Source: an uncultured Candidatus Saccharibacteria bacterium (GTDB lineage: Bacteria > Patescibacteriota > Saccharimonadia > Saccharimonadales > SZUA-47). Taken from it: a stretch of 64,000 bases of DNA. The stretch covers positions 100,480 to 164,479 of the forward strand of contig CAYQPN010000001.1 in NCBI GenBank assembly GCA_964419675.1. The letters run 5' to 3'. Under the pieces are notes generated by a model. It did no database searches. It saw nothing but the letters and a program-made list of their open reading frames with translations, and had not been told where the DNA came from. Below, piece by piece: positions 25,878-35,861 of this stretch (position 1 is the stretch's first letter; the number at the start of each line of letters is the position of its first letter). The translations under genes were made by a program, and so were the position numbers.

Positions 25878-26408
25878 TTGGCGTATACTAAATATCAAGA
25901 AACAAAATTTATGTATAGATATGTGATTTCAGATACGCCGGGTAGCTACGAGGTTTATGTAAACCTTATTACTTCGTCTGCCGGGCACTATCTAAGTAGG
26001 CAGCCGTATGTACTTGGACTAATCAAAGAAGTATTAGACTCAGTAAAACTTAAAGACTCCAACGTAACTATAGAGCGTGATATGGGAAGAGTTATAGGTA
26101 ATACGGATATAATTGAGACAACAGAAAAAGATACAATTTACTACGCTAAAGCTAATAAGAAACTAGTGTTTTCAAAATTTGCAAAGAATAGATTTCCAGC
26201 GCCTAGCCAGCAACTAACTATATGTTTAGTAAAAGATTTAGACGGTAATTATGATGTGCTAGATACTTGGATAGGACCTAGTACCCCTCCGTTTCCCGGC
26301 GATGTTAACGAAACCTCCGGAAGCAAATTATATTGGGATACTCACGCCCTAGTTCAGGACGCGCAATCAGTACAGTCAAAGACTATTACTAAAGAGTGTC
26401 CATACTAA
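25878..26408 (+). CDS. Hypothetical protein (176 aa)
   Basis: ORF flanked by long AT-rich intergenic regions. No recognisable motifs. Confidence 0.4.
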   Translation: MAYTKYQETKFMYRYVISDTPGSYEVYVNLITSSAGHYLSRQPYVLGLIKEVLDSVKLKDSNVTIERDMGRVIGNTDIIETTEKDTIYYAKANKKLVFSKFAKNRFPAPSQQLTICLVKDLDGNYDVLDTWIGPSTPPFPGDVNETSGSKLYWDTHALVQDAQSVQSKTITKECPY

Positions 26409-26690
26409 GCTTTCGCTAATATTTCAGAATTCAGGATTACACTTGGTGTATAATTATGCTTATCTTTAAATGAGAGGAAGCAAAAAATGTCTAAAGATAG
26501 ACCAAAGCGTGAAGTAAAAAAGCCTAAAAAACAGAAGTAGTATTCAGTAAATAATTATAAGTTGCATATTTATAATAATTATGCTAAAATTATTGTATTG
26601 TTTTAATGAATCCGACAAGTAGCAAATATTGACTCGATTTCATTTCAGACAATCGATTAATATTTTCTAAATAACAAGGATTCATTTTTT

Positions 26691-27884
26691 ATGTCTTATT
26701 ATCAAAGTAAGCGTGCGCCTACATATGGCCGCGCAAAATTTTCAAGTAAACCTCGTTCAGCCGGACGCGGTCCTAAAAAGGCCTATATTAACCCTTCGAG
26801 ATTCGTGCAGAGCGCACGGAGCTCAGAAGCTCCAGAGTATATCACTAAGAATGCCTTTGCTGACTTTGACGTCAACCCACTTATTCATAAGAACTTAGAG
26901 ACTAAAGGCTATACACAACCTTCTCCGATCCAAGATCAGACTATTCCTGTTGGCTTGAGCGGAAAGGATGTAGTTGGTATCGCTAATACAGGCACTGGTA
27001 AAACAGCGGCTTTTGCAATACCGGTCATACATCAACTTATGACCCACAGAGACAAGTATGCACTGATACTAGCGCCTACCAGGGAGCTAGCTATTCAGAT
27101 AGAAGACCAAATTAAGAAAATCGCCAAAGGCAGTGGTTTGCACGGTGCAGTTCTTATAGGCGGTACAGCGATGGGTCCACAACTGCGTGATTTACGTGAC
27201 AATCCAAGGATTGTTATTGGCACACCGGGACGAGTCAAAGACCATTTAGAGCGAAAAACACTACGCTTGTCTCAATTCAATATTGTTGTACTAGATGAAG
27301 TAGACCGTATGCTAGATATGGGATTCATTAATGACATTAGGCATATTCTTGGCCGAATGGCTGAAAAGCGTCAGTCGTTCTTTTTCTCAGCCACACTAGA
27401 TTCCAGGGTCAAGACTATTATTGACAGTTTTTCTCATGACCCAGTTCATATTGAAATTAAAACAGGGGATACTAGCGATAACGTAGAGCAGAATGTCGTA
27501 ACTTATGTAAGTAAAGAAGAAAAGATTGATAAACTTCATAATCTGCTTATAAGCGAAGCAGTTGGTAAAACATTAGTATTTGACGATACACAGCGAAGCG
27601 TTGAGAGATTAAGCAAAGAACTAGAAGCTAGAGGGTTTCAAGTTGATGCTATTCATGGTGGAAAATCTCAAAATCAACGCCAAAGAGCCCTATCAAAATT
27701 TAGAGAAAACAAGGTGAACGTTTTGGTGGCTACTGATGTTGCTGCCCGCGGAATTGATGTTGCTGACATAACTCATGTCATTAACTATTCAACACCAGGT
27801 TCTTACAGTGACTATGTTCATAGAATCGGACGTGCCGGACGTGCCGGACGTCTTGGCTACGCGCTTACTTTTATTGAAAAATAG
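26691..27884 (+). CDS. DEAD-box ATP-dependent RNA helicase with basic N-terminal extension
   Basis: Q-motif (F..F…TQPSPIQ), GTGKT, DEVD, SAT, and HRIGRAGRAGR. Confidence 0.9.
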   Translation: MSYYQSKRAPTYGRAKFSSKPRSAGRGPKKAYINPSRFVQSARSSEAPEYITKNAFADFDVNPLIHKNLETKGYTQPSPIQDQTIPVGLSGKDVVGIANTGTGKTAAFAIPVIHQLMTHRDKYALILAPTRELAIQIEDQIKKIAKGSGLHGAVLIGGTAMGPQLRDLRDNPRIVIGTPGRVKDHLERKTLRLSQFNIVVLDEVDRMLDMGFINDIRHILGRMAEKRQSFFFSATLDSRVKTIIDSFSHDPVHIEIKTGDTSDNVEQNVVTYVSKEEKIDKLHNLLISEAVGKTLVFDDTQRSVERLSKELEARGFQVDAIHGGKSQNQRQRALSKFRENKVNVLVATDVAARGIDVADITHVINYSTPGSYSDYVHRIGRAGRAGRLGYALTFIEK

Positions 27885-27945
27885 ATATTGCTCAACGCAA
27901 GAGTGAAATTGTTCAATTTCTTGCTTTCTCAGTTACAATAGAAGC

Positions 27946-29007
27946 ATGAACAATATTGTGGTGGCTTTACTTTTAGCAAATCTGGCCTTGGTATTATTTG
28001 TAATTTACCGTCCTCAAAAAGAAAAAGAGCAGGGTGAGTCTAAACTAATTCAACAGAATCTTAATCACCTGTCTGATAATATTGGCAAGCTTAAAGAACA
28101 ACTTAAAGATCAAATAGATTATAAGTTAGATAAAAATCAAGAAAGTATGACTCGTCAATTAGCTGCAAGCGCTAAGTTAGTTAAAGACGTAACAGAAAGC
28201 TTGACTAAGCTAGATGACACAAACAAACGGGTTGTTAATGTGGCGGATGAGCTTAAGCAGTTACAAAATGTATTACAAAATCCAAAACAACGCGGAGTAT
28301 TGGGTGAGTTCTATTTAGAGCAAATCCTGCAAAATTTGCTTCCACCTTCCGCGTATTCTTTGCAATATAAATTAAGCGAAGGGAATATCGTTGATGCCGT
28401 TATACATCTTGATGGCAAATTTCTGGCTATTGATAGTAAGTTTTCTTTAGAGAATTACAACCGTCTGGTAGAGGCAAAAGGAAGTGACAGAGCAGTTCAT
28501 GAAAAAGCGTTTAAAGAAGATTTAAAGCGGCGAATTGACGAAACAGCAAAATACATCCAACCCAAAAATAACACCTTAGAACAAGCGCTGATGTTTATAC
28601 CGTCCGAAGCTATCTATTATGATTTACTAGCGAATAAAGTTGGAGATAGCGGAGTAAACGGGCGAGATTTAATGCAATATGCGGCAGTTGAAAAACGAGT
28701 TGTAATTGTCGGACCAAGTACTTTGTCGGCAATGCTTCAAGTAATCGTGCAAGGCTTAAAAAGTCTTGAGATTCAGAAAGATACAGAAGTAATTCGTAAA
28801 AACATTGAACAATTGCAACGTCATTTACTTGCTTACAATACATATTTTGGAAAAGTCGGAAGCTCGCTTGGAGCAACGGTTGGACATTTCAACAGCGCCT
28901 CTAAGGAACTGGGAAAGATAGACAAAGATATAGTAAAAATAGGCGGTGGCGACACGGTGCTAGAACTCGAAGAGATTGATAAGCCAAAAAATGATAGCAC
29001 TAGTTAG
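27946..29007 (+). CDS. rmuC: DNA recombination protein RmuC
   Basis: N-terminal TM and coiled coil plus a C-terminal RmuC nuclease-like region. Confidence 0.8.
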   Translation: MNNIVVALLLANLALVLFVIYRPQKEKEQGESKLIQQNLNHLSDNIGKLKEQLKDQIDYKLDKNQESMTRQLAASAKLVKDVTESLTKLDDTNKRVVNVADELKQLQNVLQNPKQRGVLGEFYLEQILQNLLPPSAYSLQYKLSEGNIVDAVIHLDGKFLAIDSKFSLENYNRLVEAKGSDRAVHEKAFKEDLKRRIDETAKYIQPKNNTLEQALMFIPSEAIYYDLLANKVGDSGVNGRDLMQYAAVEKRVVIVGPSTLSAMLQVIVQGLKSLEIQKDTEVIRKNIEQLQRHLLAYNTYFGKVGSSLGATVGHFNSASKELGKIDKDIVKIGGGDTVLELEEIDKPKNDSTS

Positions 29008-29387
29008 GAAGTAGTTAACAAAAGTTGTTGATCAAGAAACTTTGCAATACAAGCATCGCTAAAAACTCCAAAATCTGACCAATTCCCGTCAAAGAACCCG
29101 TATCGATAATTCTTACTATCTACGGCAAAATTTTCGCTATCTACTCGGGTATTTATAACATGTTGAACACCGTCCAAACATATTCTTGATGAGACAAAAG
29201 TTAGGCCACTAGCTGTATCAACGACGCTACCTTCAATTCTTGTCTCTGCTTTAACGAATTTTGTAACGTCAGGCTTATATAGAAAAGCTAGAGTGTCACC
29301 AATTCTTACATCAGCAATACTTAAACGTAAGGGCAATCTATCTAAGTACTCCCTAGGAGTAATATATTCAGCGTCTCTGACATGCAT
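29004..29387 (-). CDS. Hypothetical protein (127 aa)
   Basis: ORF only. Confidence 0.35.
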   Translation of the reverse strand: MHVRDAEYITPREYLDRLPLRLSIADVRIGDTLAFLYKPDVTKFVKAETRIEGSVVDTASGLTFVSSRICLDGVQHVINTRVDSENFAVDSKNYRYGFFDGNWSDFGVFSDACIAKFLDQQLLLTTS

Positions 29388-29399
29388 CGTTTTATTATA

Positions 29400-30734
29400 T
29401 CACATAGTTCTGTAAAGTTCAATAGTTAGAGCGGCAGTCCAAGAGAAGTTTTTAGCTCCGGCTGGCTTTCCGGTTTTGGCAGAAAAATACTCATATGGTC
29501 CATTTTTATCTACCATCGCTATACTCTGAGACCTAATATGTTCTGCCTCATCGGTGAAGCCGTAACGATTAAGCCCGTCTATTATTAGCCAGTTAGTATT
29601 AAGCCAAGCAGGACCTTGCCAATAGCCAAGTTCTTTATACCAATCACTATCTAGCGGGACACTGGCAATTGGAAATTTACTCTTAAACTTGCCGGTTTCA
29701 TGTAACATCGCCACTAGTTGTTCGGCTCGTTCCTTAGTAATACTCCCGGCGTATAAAGGCAGAAGTGAAGCAATGCTTGGTTCTTTAATTGGCTTGTGGG
29801 TTATAAAGTTTCTAGAAAAGTATTGCTTGTAGTAGCCATCCCACAACTGTTCAAGGGTTTCCTCGGATTTTTTCATAGAGACCTCAAGCTCTTCTGGTAG
29901 TTTGTGACCAGTCGTTTTTGCAATTGTTTTTATGTGTGAGTTAGCTCTAATAAGTATGCAGTTAAATGCCAGGTCCTGGACGGCAAAGTGTGAACGACCA
30001 AGAATTCCATCTATGTCCCAGTTTTTACGTCGCAAACGTTGTAATACTGAATAATAAAGTAGAGCATCAATGTTGTTTAACCTTTGACCGGGAGGGACGT
30101 GGTGTGTGTCTCTTCTGAATAATAGAACTACTTTATCTAATCTAGTTTTTTCGACAAAACTAATCCAAAACGGTTTTCCGTGCAAATGCAATTGATTTAT
30201 CCAATGAGGAGAATTGTCTAATCCGCTTTCCCAAGGATGTACTAGTAGTGCTAGTCCCTCATTGTGAGGATCACGTTCAGAATAGATCCACTTATGATAT
30301 GCAACTAGGGCTGGGAACATATCCTGGTACCAGCTACGTCGTTCTGTAATTTTCATTTTCTCGCCTATTCTTACAACTGCCTCTGCTAGCATTGGAGGTT
30401 GGGTCAGGCCACTGGTGTTTAAATTATCCGGTGCGTTAGGGTTGCGCCAAGATTGCCAAATCTGCCTATCTCGGCTATGTATATCTTCGTCTGCAAAAAT
30501 CATGTGCGGTAACATACCGTTTGACCATTGTCCGCGGAGCAAACTTCTTAGTTCTGTCTGAGCTTTTTTCAAGTCGTAGTTTGCCAGTCCAATAGAAATG
30601 AAACAACTATCCCAAAGCCATTGATGAGGATATAAACCTCCAGCCGGTATTGTGTAATTACCATACCAATTGTTCTCAAGCACCTCTTTACATATCTCTT
30701 CGCTAGATTTTATTGCTGCGCCTGACTCATCCAT
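29400..30734 (-). CDS. Six-hairpin (alpha/alpha)6 glycoside hydrolase, GH63/GDE_C-like
   Basis: 444 aa: …YPHQWLWDSCFISIGL…GQWSNGMLPHMIF… is typical of the GH63/glycogen-debranching C-domain fold. Confidence 0.55.
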   Translation of the reverse strand: MDESGAAIKSSEEICKEVLENNWYGNYTIPAGGLYPHQWLWDSCFISIGLANYDLKKAQTELRSLLRGQWSNGMLPHMIFADEDIHSRDRQIWQSWRNPNAPDNLNTSGLTQPPMLAEAVVRIGEKMKITERRSWYQDMFPALVAYHKWIYSERDPHNEGLALLVHPWESGLDNSPHWINQLHLHGKPFWISFVEKTRLDKVVLLFRRDTHHVPPGQRLNNIDALLYYSVLQRLRRKNWDIDGILGRSHFAVQDLAFNCILIRANSHIKTIAKTTGHKLPEELEVSMKKSEETLEQLWDGYYKQYFSRNFITHKPIKEPSIASLLPLYAGSITKERAEQLVAMLHETGKFKSKFPIASVPLDSDWYKELGYWQGPAWLNTNWLIIDGLNRYGFTDEAEHIRSQSIAMVDKNGPYEYFSAKTGKPAGAKNFSWTAALTIELYRTM

Positions 30735-30752
30735 TAAGCTTAAGTATAACGC

Positions 30753-31241
30753 TTATCGGAAGTTTGTGAAGATTATTGGAAAATCGAAGTCTTTAGATTT
30801 TATTAACTGCATGGCAGTTTGAAGCTCGTCTTTTTTTGGGCTCATAACTCTGATTGCCTCACCTTGAATTTGAGTTTTTACTTTTGGCAAATCGTCGCGC
30901 AAAAGTTTTGTAATCTTCTTGGCGTCTTCTTGGTTCAGACCGTTTTTGAACGGGACTTCCCAAATCATTCTTAAATTTGTAGTTTCTGGTTCATATGACA
31001 CATCAAAAGTTTTTTGACTAACACCGCGAGCTGCTGCTTTTTTACGGAGTAAATCAATAACTGCGTCTAGGTGAAACTGCATATCACCGCAGATTTTTAC
31101 ACCTTTCTTATCCTCTAACCATTCAAGTGAAGTTTGGGTACCTTTAAGGTCATATCTTGCGCCAAGTTCTTTTTGTGTTTGGTCATAAACATTGTTCATC
31201 TCTCCCAAATCGTATGTTGATTCAACGTCAAAGCTAAACAT
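30753..31241 (-). CDS. yajQ: YajQ/UPF0234-family nucleotide-binding protein
   Basis: The start is taken at MFSFDVESTYDL… (the track ORF extends 7 codons further upstream). The layout is YajQ-like: …ARYDLKGT…KTQIQGEAIRV…. Confidence 0.75.
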   Translation of the reverse strand: MFSFDVESTYDLGEMNNVYDQTQKELGARYDLKGTQTSLEWLEDKKGVKICGDMQFHLDAVIDLLRKKAAARGVSQKTFDVSYEPETTNLRMIWEVPFKNGLNQEDAKKITKLLRDDLPKVKTQIQGEAIRVMSPKKDELQTAMQLIKSKDFDFPIIFTNFR

Positions 31242-31310
31242 TCCCATAGCTCTATTATACAAGTATCGGAGATAAGTGAAATTTTAATTCTTTAATGATA
31301 TGCTAATACC

Positions 31311-32264
31311 ATGAGCTTTATGGCGTCGTTAGGTGTTTACGACAGGAGTGTAGATTGGCGATTTATTTCAATATCGTTATTTTTAATATTTATATTTTAT
31401 TATCCTATCTATCTTTGGGTTGTAAGGATATATAAGACGCAAAGAATCAGAAGCCAATTAATAACGACTCTATACAAACCTCCGCTAGATATGTCACCGG
31501 TTGACCTATCTTATATCTTTTCCAAAAAAGTAGATTCAAGACATCTATATGCAACGATTTTACATCTCACTAATAGGGGTGTCTTACATATGTCTCATAA
31601 AAATGGAGTTACTTATACAGAAATAGGTCCAAAACTAGATGATAATCTTGAGCTTTACGAAAAAATGTTAGTCGGCATTGTGCATTCACATAAAGAAGCT
31701 GTACCAATTGATAAAATTATCGAAGGCAACATAACATATCGCTTAAGTAGTGGTTCTGAAATTAAGGGTAGTAAACGATATGTTTTTTGGTGGCTTTTGA
31801 AACAATCCTTAAGAGACAGAGGCTTAATAGAAAAACTGATGACTTCTTATTACGCAAAATTGGTGATTCTTTTTGGGGCTGGAGGGGGTCTTATTGTAGC
31901 GTTTTTCCCACTGTTCTTTTGGAGGCTAGCTCAAATGAATTCGGACGGCAAACTTGACGCTTCACGAATGAATCAAACTTTCATGTCCGCAGTTAGTTTT
32001 TGGGCTATATCCTTACCACTCATACTGGTTATAAGTTTCATACTATTGCTTTTTCGGGGGAGAATGCTTGGCAGGCGCTGGATACTTACCAAAAAATCCC
32101 TAAGGTACTTAGGTCAGTTTGGAGTATTTAGAGAATTTACTTGGCTAGCTCAGCGCAAAAAACTACATTTTGATTCAACAACTTTAGCAAAAGAATCAGC
32201 TCTTGAAACTCGACCTTTTGCAATTGCTTTTGGATATATTAAGAAATTTCGAGCTTATAAGTAG
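31311..32264 (+). CDS. Hypothetical polytopic membrane protein (DUF2207-like C-terminal architecture)
   Basis: 317 aa with several TM segments. Its central region resembles that of 35833..37578. Confidence 0.4.
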   Translation: MSFMASLGVYDRSVDWRFISISLFLIFIFYYPIYLWVVRIYKTQRIRSQLITTLYKPPLDMSPVDLSYIFSKKVDSRHLYATILHLTNRGVLHMSHKNGVTYTEIGPKLDDNLELYEKMLVGIVHSHKEAVPIDKIIEGNITYRLSSGSEIKGSKRYVFWWLLKQSLRDRGLIEKLMTSYYAKLVILFGAGGGLIVAFFPLFFWRLAQMNSDGKLDASRMNQTFMSAVSFWAISLPLILVISFILLLFRGRMLGRRWILTKKSLRYLGQFGVFREFTWLAQRKKLHFDSTTLAKESALETRPFAIAFGYIKKFRAYK

Positions 32265-32298
32265 CGAAATATTACTCAAGTGTATACAATATAATTAG

Positions 32299-33324
32299 AT
32301 GGAACAGATAGATAAAGCTCGCAGAGAGCTAAAAAAAATATTTGGAGGGGCTGATGACAAAAAGTCTATATTACGTGCGCCTGAGCTTAAAGCGCTTCTT
32401 GATGGAATTAGAGAAGTAGAGCCGAGTAAGCGAGGAGAATATGGTAAAGCAGTCAATGAATTGAAAGCTGAGGTACAATCCTGGATAGACGAAGCTGTAC
32501 TCAAAACTCAAAACTCAAAACTGGAAACTATTGATGTTACTGCACCCTGGGATGTAAATACCCCTGCCGATAAACGCCCCAGCTTTTTCCCGGCTGAACA
32601 AGGCAGTGTCCATCCCTTAATCTCAGAAATTGAGCATATTTGCGATATCTATCAGCGCATGGGGTTTGTTGTTGAGGAATCTCGCGAGATTGACGATGAC
32701 TACCACATGTTTGAAAGCTTGAACTTCCCAGAAGGGCATCCTGCTCGGGACGATTATGATACTTTCATGACAGATGAAGGACTAGTGGCGCCAGCGCATA
32801 CCAGTACAATGCAAAATCGGGTGTTAAAAAAGTATAAAGAAAATTTAGATAATGATGAGCCAATTGCGGTTGTAATCCCTGACCGAGTATTTCGGAATGA
32901 AGATTTAGACGCTACGCACGAACATACCTTTTATCAGATAGAGGGTGTTTATGTTGGCAAAAATGTAACTGTTGGAAATTTGATAGCCACTCTGTCGGCT
33001 TTTATGAACGAATATTTTGGGCAGAAGTTAAAAACCAAGCTTCAACCTTTTTACTTTCCGTTCACCGAACCAAGTTTTGAGTTTGCGATAGAACGTCCGG
33101 ACGTTCTAAAAAAAGATAACTCCGAAGAACAAAAGTGGTTAGAGTTACTCGGTTGTGGGATGATTCACCCAAATGTTTTGGAAATGGCCGGGATTGACCC
33201 CACAGTTTACACCGGATTTGCCTGGGGTAATGGTATTGAGCGCATGGTAATGATGAAAAATGGCATAGAAGATATCCGCCATTTCGAATCCGCAAACCTA
33301 AAATTCTTGAGGCAGTTTAAATGA
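32299..33324 (+). CDS. pheS: Phenylalanine--tRNA ligase alpha subunit
   Basis: Class II aaRS motifs (…FRNEDLDATHEHTFYQIEG…, GWAFGNGIERMVM). Confidence 0.9.
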   Translation: MEQIDKARRELKKIFGGADDKKSILRAPELKALLDGIREVEPSKRGEYGKAVNELKAEVQSWIDEAVLKTQNSKLETIDVTAPWDVNTPADKRPSFFPAEQGSVHPLISEIEHICDIYQRMGFVVEESREIDDDYHMFESLNFPEGHPARDDYDTFMTDEGLVAPAHTSTMQNRVLKKYKENLDNDEPIAVVIPDRVFRNEDLDATHEHTFYQIEGVYVGKNVTVGNLIATLSAFMNEYFGQKLKTKLQPFYFPFTEPSFEFAIERPDVLKKDNSEEQKWLELLGCGMIHPNVLEMAGIDPTVYTGFAWGNGIERMVMMKNGIEDIRHFESANLKFLRQFK

Positions 33325-35861
33325 AAGTTAGTTTAAATTTAGCTCAATATTATAGCAATGTAGATTTGAAGAATTTGCCACATGGTGAATTGGTTCAAAA
33401 GATTGGAGCACAGTTAGGAGCAGTTGAAGAAGTTGTTGACTGGTCGCCAATCTACGAAGGAGTTCTTGTAGTTAAAGTAGTTTCTTGCGTCAAGCATCCT
33501 GATGCCGACAAACTTAGCTTATGTCGTATTGATGATGGGGGAGTTTTGCAAGATGTTGAACGAGGCGATGACGGGTTCGTCCAAGTTGTATGTGGTGCTC
33601 CTAATGTTTCAGAAGGACAGTTTGTTGCCTGGATTCCACCTGGTGCGGTTGTTCCATCAACACGAAATACCGCAGAGCCGTTTACACTTGAGGCACGTGA
33701 AATACGCGGAAAAATTAGCAATGGAATGATTGGTAGCCCTAAAGAATTGGCTATAAGTGATGAGCATGAAGGTATTTTAGTAATTAACCAGGATGAAGTT
33801 AATCATGAGTTGCAACCTGGTGAGCCACTACTTGGCTTGTTTAATCTTGATGACTTTGTTGTGACTTGCGAAAACAAGATGTTTACGCATCGTCCTGATT
33901 GTTTTGGTAACTTGGGTGTAGCACGAGAATTAGCTGGGATTAATGGGCTTAAATTTGAAAGCCCTGAATGGTATCTCGCGCAACAGGCGCATGGGTACGA
34001 GGTACTAGGTACTAGGTACGAGGTTGATGTCAGAAATGAAATCAAAGATAAAGTGCCAAGATTTGTTGCGGTTGTTATGAATAATGTGGCTATTGCAAAA
34101 AGTCCTATCTGGATGCAGTCCGCTTTGACACGAGTAGGTATCAAGCCAAAAAATAACGTGGTTGATGTTACTAACTACATCATGCACCTTACCGGGCAAC
34201 CTTTGCATGCTTTTGACTTCGACAAGTTACTTAGTGGCGATAAATCTTTAACATTTGAGCCAAGAATGGCTAAGTCGGGAGAAGAAATTACTTTACTGGG
34301 GAACAAGCAGATTAAATTGACAGACCAAGACATGGTTATATCTGCAAACGGCAAGGCGGTAGCGCTCGCTGGTGTAATGGGTGGTGCTGAAACTGAGGTT
34401 GATGAAAACACTAAAACAATACTTATAGAATGTGCTAATTTTGACATGTACACCGTAAGACGAACAAGTATGCGATATGGATTGTTCACAGATGCTGTTA
34501 CGAGGTTCAATAAAGGACAGAGCCCGCTTCAAAATGATGTTGTTTTGGGTTACGCAATGAAATTGATGAATGAATATGCAAGTGCAGAAACAGCTAGCCA
34601 AGTATATGACTTGGCGTCTTTTGATACCAGCGCAGATAACCTAAATAGAGTCAAGGTCTCAACAGAATTTATAAATTCAAGGCTTGGTTCGGGCTTGTCG
34701 GCTGAAGATATAAAAACTTTGCTTGAGAATGTTGAGTTTAAGGTTAGCCTTCAAGATCAAGATTTAGAAATTACGGTGCCTTTTTGGCGCATGGATATTG
34801 TAATTAGTGAAGATATAGTAGAAGAAGTTGGTAGACTATATGGTTATGCTAAATTGCCAGTTGCACTGCCAGCACGAAGCTCAAAACCAACTACAAGAAA
34901 CGCTACTAGGGAATTCAAAAAATCTTTGCGAAAACAGTTAAAACAAGCAGGAGCAAATGAGGTATTAACCTATAGTTTTGTACACGGCGATTTACTTAAA
35001 AAAACTGGCACCGATCCGGAAAAATGGGCATACCATCTCCGGAATGCGCTTAGCCCAGACTTACAGTATTACCGTACTAGTCTAATACCAAGTTTACTCG
35101 CAAAAGTTCACGGTAATATCAAATCTCAAGCTGGAACTGCTGATAATGAATTCGCGCTCTATGAAATTGGTAAAGCACACGTTAAAGGTCATTTTGAGGA
35201 TGAAGAGCAAGACCTTCCAAAACAATTGAACAGGCTAGCATTGGTTACTGCTAGTGACGAAAAATCATCCGGCTTAAGAAGCGGCTCAGCTTATTATCAG
35301 GCTAGGTTGTACGTAGACCTGCTGACAAATGGCCAAGCGAAATATGAAGCACTTGACACTAACGAATACCCAATAACTTCGCCGTACCTAATTGGCAGGA
35401 GTGCAGTAATTAAGCTGGGCGACAACCAGCGCCCAGTAGGAGTAGTTGGGGAATTTATAAGTTCTGCAAAACAGGCACTTAAATTACCAGAATATTGTGC
35501 CGGGTTTGAAATTGATACAGATTTACTTAGAGAGCTAATCAAGCCAAAAAAGTATGAACCGTTATCTACTTTTCCGGGTACCCAACAAGATATAACCTTT
35601 GAAGTTGACGGGAAGACTTCGTGGTCTCAGCTAAACAACTTGCTCCAGGCAGAAATGTCGGTGGCGAAGGCCGAGAGTGGATACCAATATTCGGTTGAAC
35701 CTCTTGATATTTATCAAGCCGAAGGTAGTGATAAAAAGCGACTAAGTTTAAGGATTAACTTATCTCACCCAAATAAAACAATGAAGACAGAGGAAGTTAA
35801 TTTAATACTAGATCAAATTTCTAAGGTGGCTCATGAAACACTTCAAGCTACTCGTATTTAG
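33321..35861 (+). CDS. pheT: Phenylalanine--tRNA ligase beta subunit
   Basis: 846 aa with tRNA-binding, B3/4, B5 and FDX-ACB domain order. It overlaps pheS by 4 nt. Confidence 0.9.
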   Translation: MKVSLNLAQYYSNVDLKNLPHGELVQKIGAQLGAVEEVVDWSPIYEGVLVVKVVSCVKHPDADKLSLCRIDDGGVLQDVERGDDGFVQVVCGAPNVSEGQFVAWIPPGAVVPSTRNTAEPFTLEAREIRGKISNGMIGSPKELAISDEHEGILVINQDEVNHELQPGEPLLGLFNLDDFVVTCENKMFTHRPDCFGNLGVARELAGINGLKFESPEWYLAQQAHGYEVLGTRYEVDVRNEIKDKVPRFVAVVMNNVAIAKSPIWMQSALTRVGIKPKNNVVDVTNYIMHLTGQPLHAFDFDKLLSGDKSLTFEPRMAKSGEEITLLGNKQIKLTDQDMVISANGKAVALAGVMGGAETEVDENTKTILIECANFDMYTVRRTSMRYGLFTDAVTRFNKGQSPLQNDVVLGYAMKLMNEYASAETASQVYDLASFDTSADNLNRVKVSTEFINSRLGSGLSAEDIKTLLENVEFKVSLQDQDLEITVPFWRMDIVISEDIVEEVGRLYGYAKLPVALPARSSKPTTRNATREFKKSLRKQLKQAGANEVLTYSFVHGDLLKKTGTDPEKWAYHLRNALSPDLQYYRTSLIPSLLAKVHGNIKSQAGTADNEFALYEIGKAHVKGHFEDEEQDLPKQLNRLALVTASDEKSSGLRSGSAYYQARLYVDLLTNGQAKYEALDTNEYPITSPYLIGRSAVIKLGDNQRPVGVVGEFISSAKQALKLPEYCAGFEIDTDLLRELIKPKKYEPLSTFPGTQQDITFEVDGKTSWSQLNNLLQAEMSVAKAESGYQYSVEPLDIYQAEGSDKKRLSLRINLSHPNKTMKTEEVNLILDQISKVAHETLQATRI

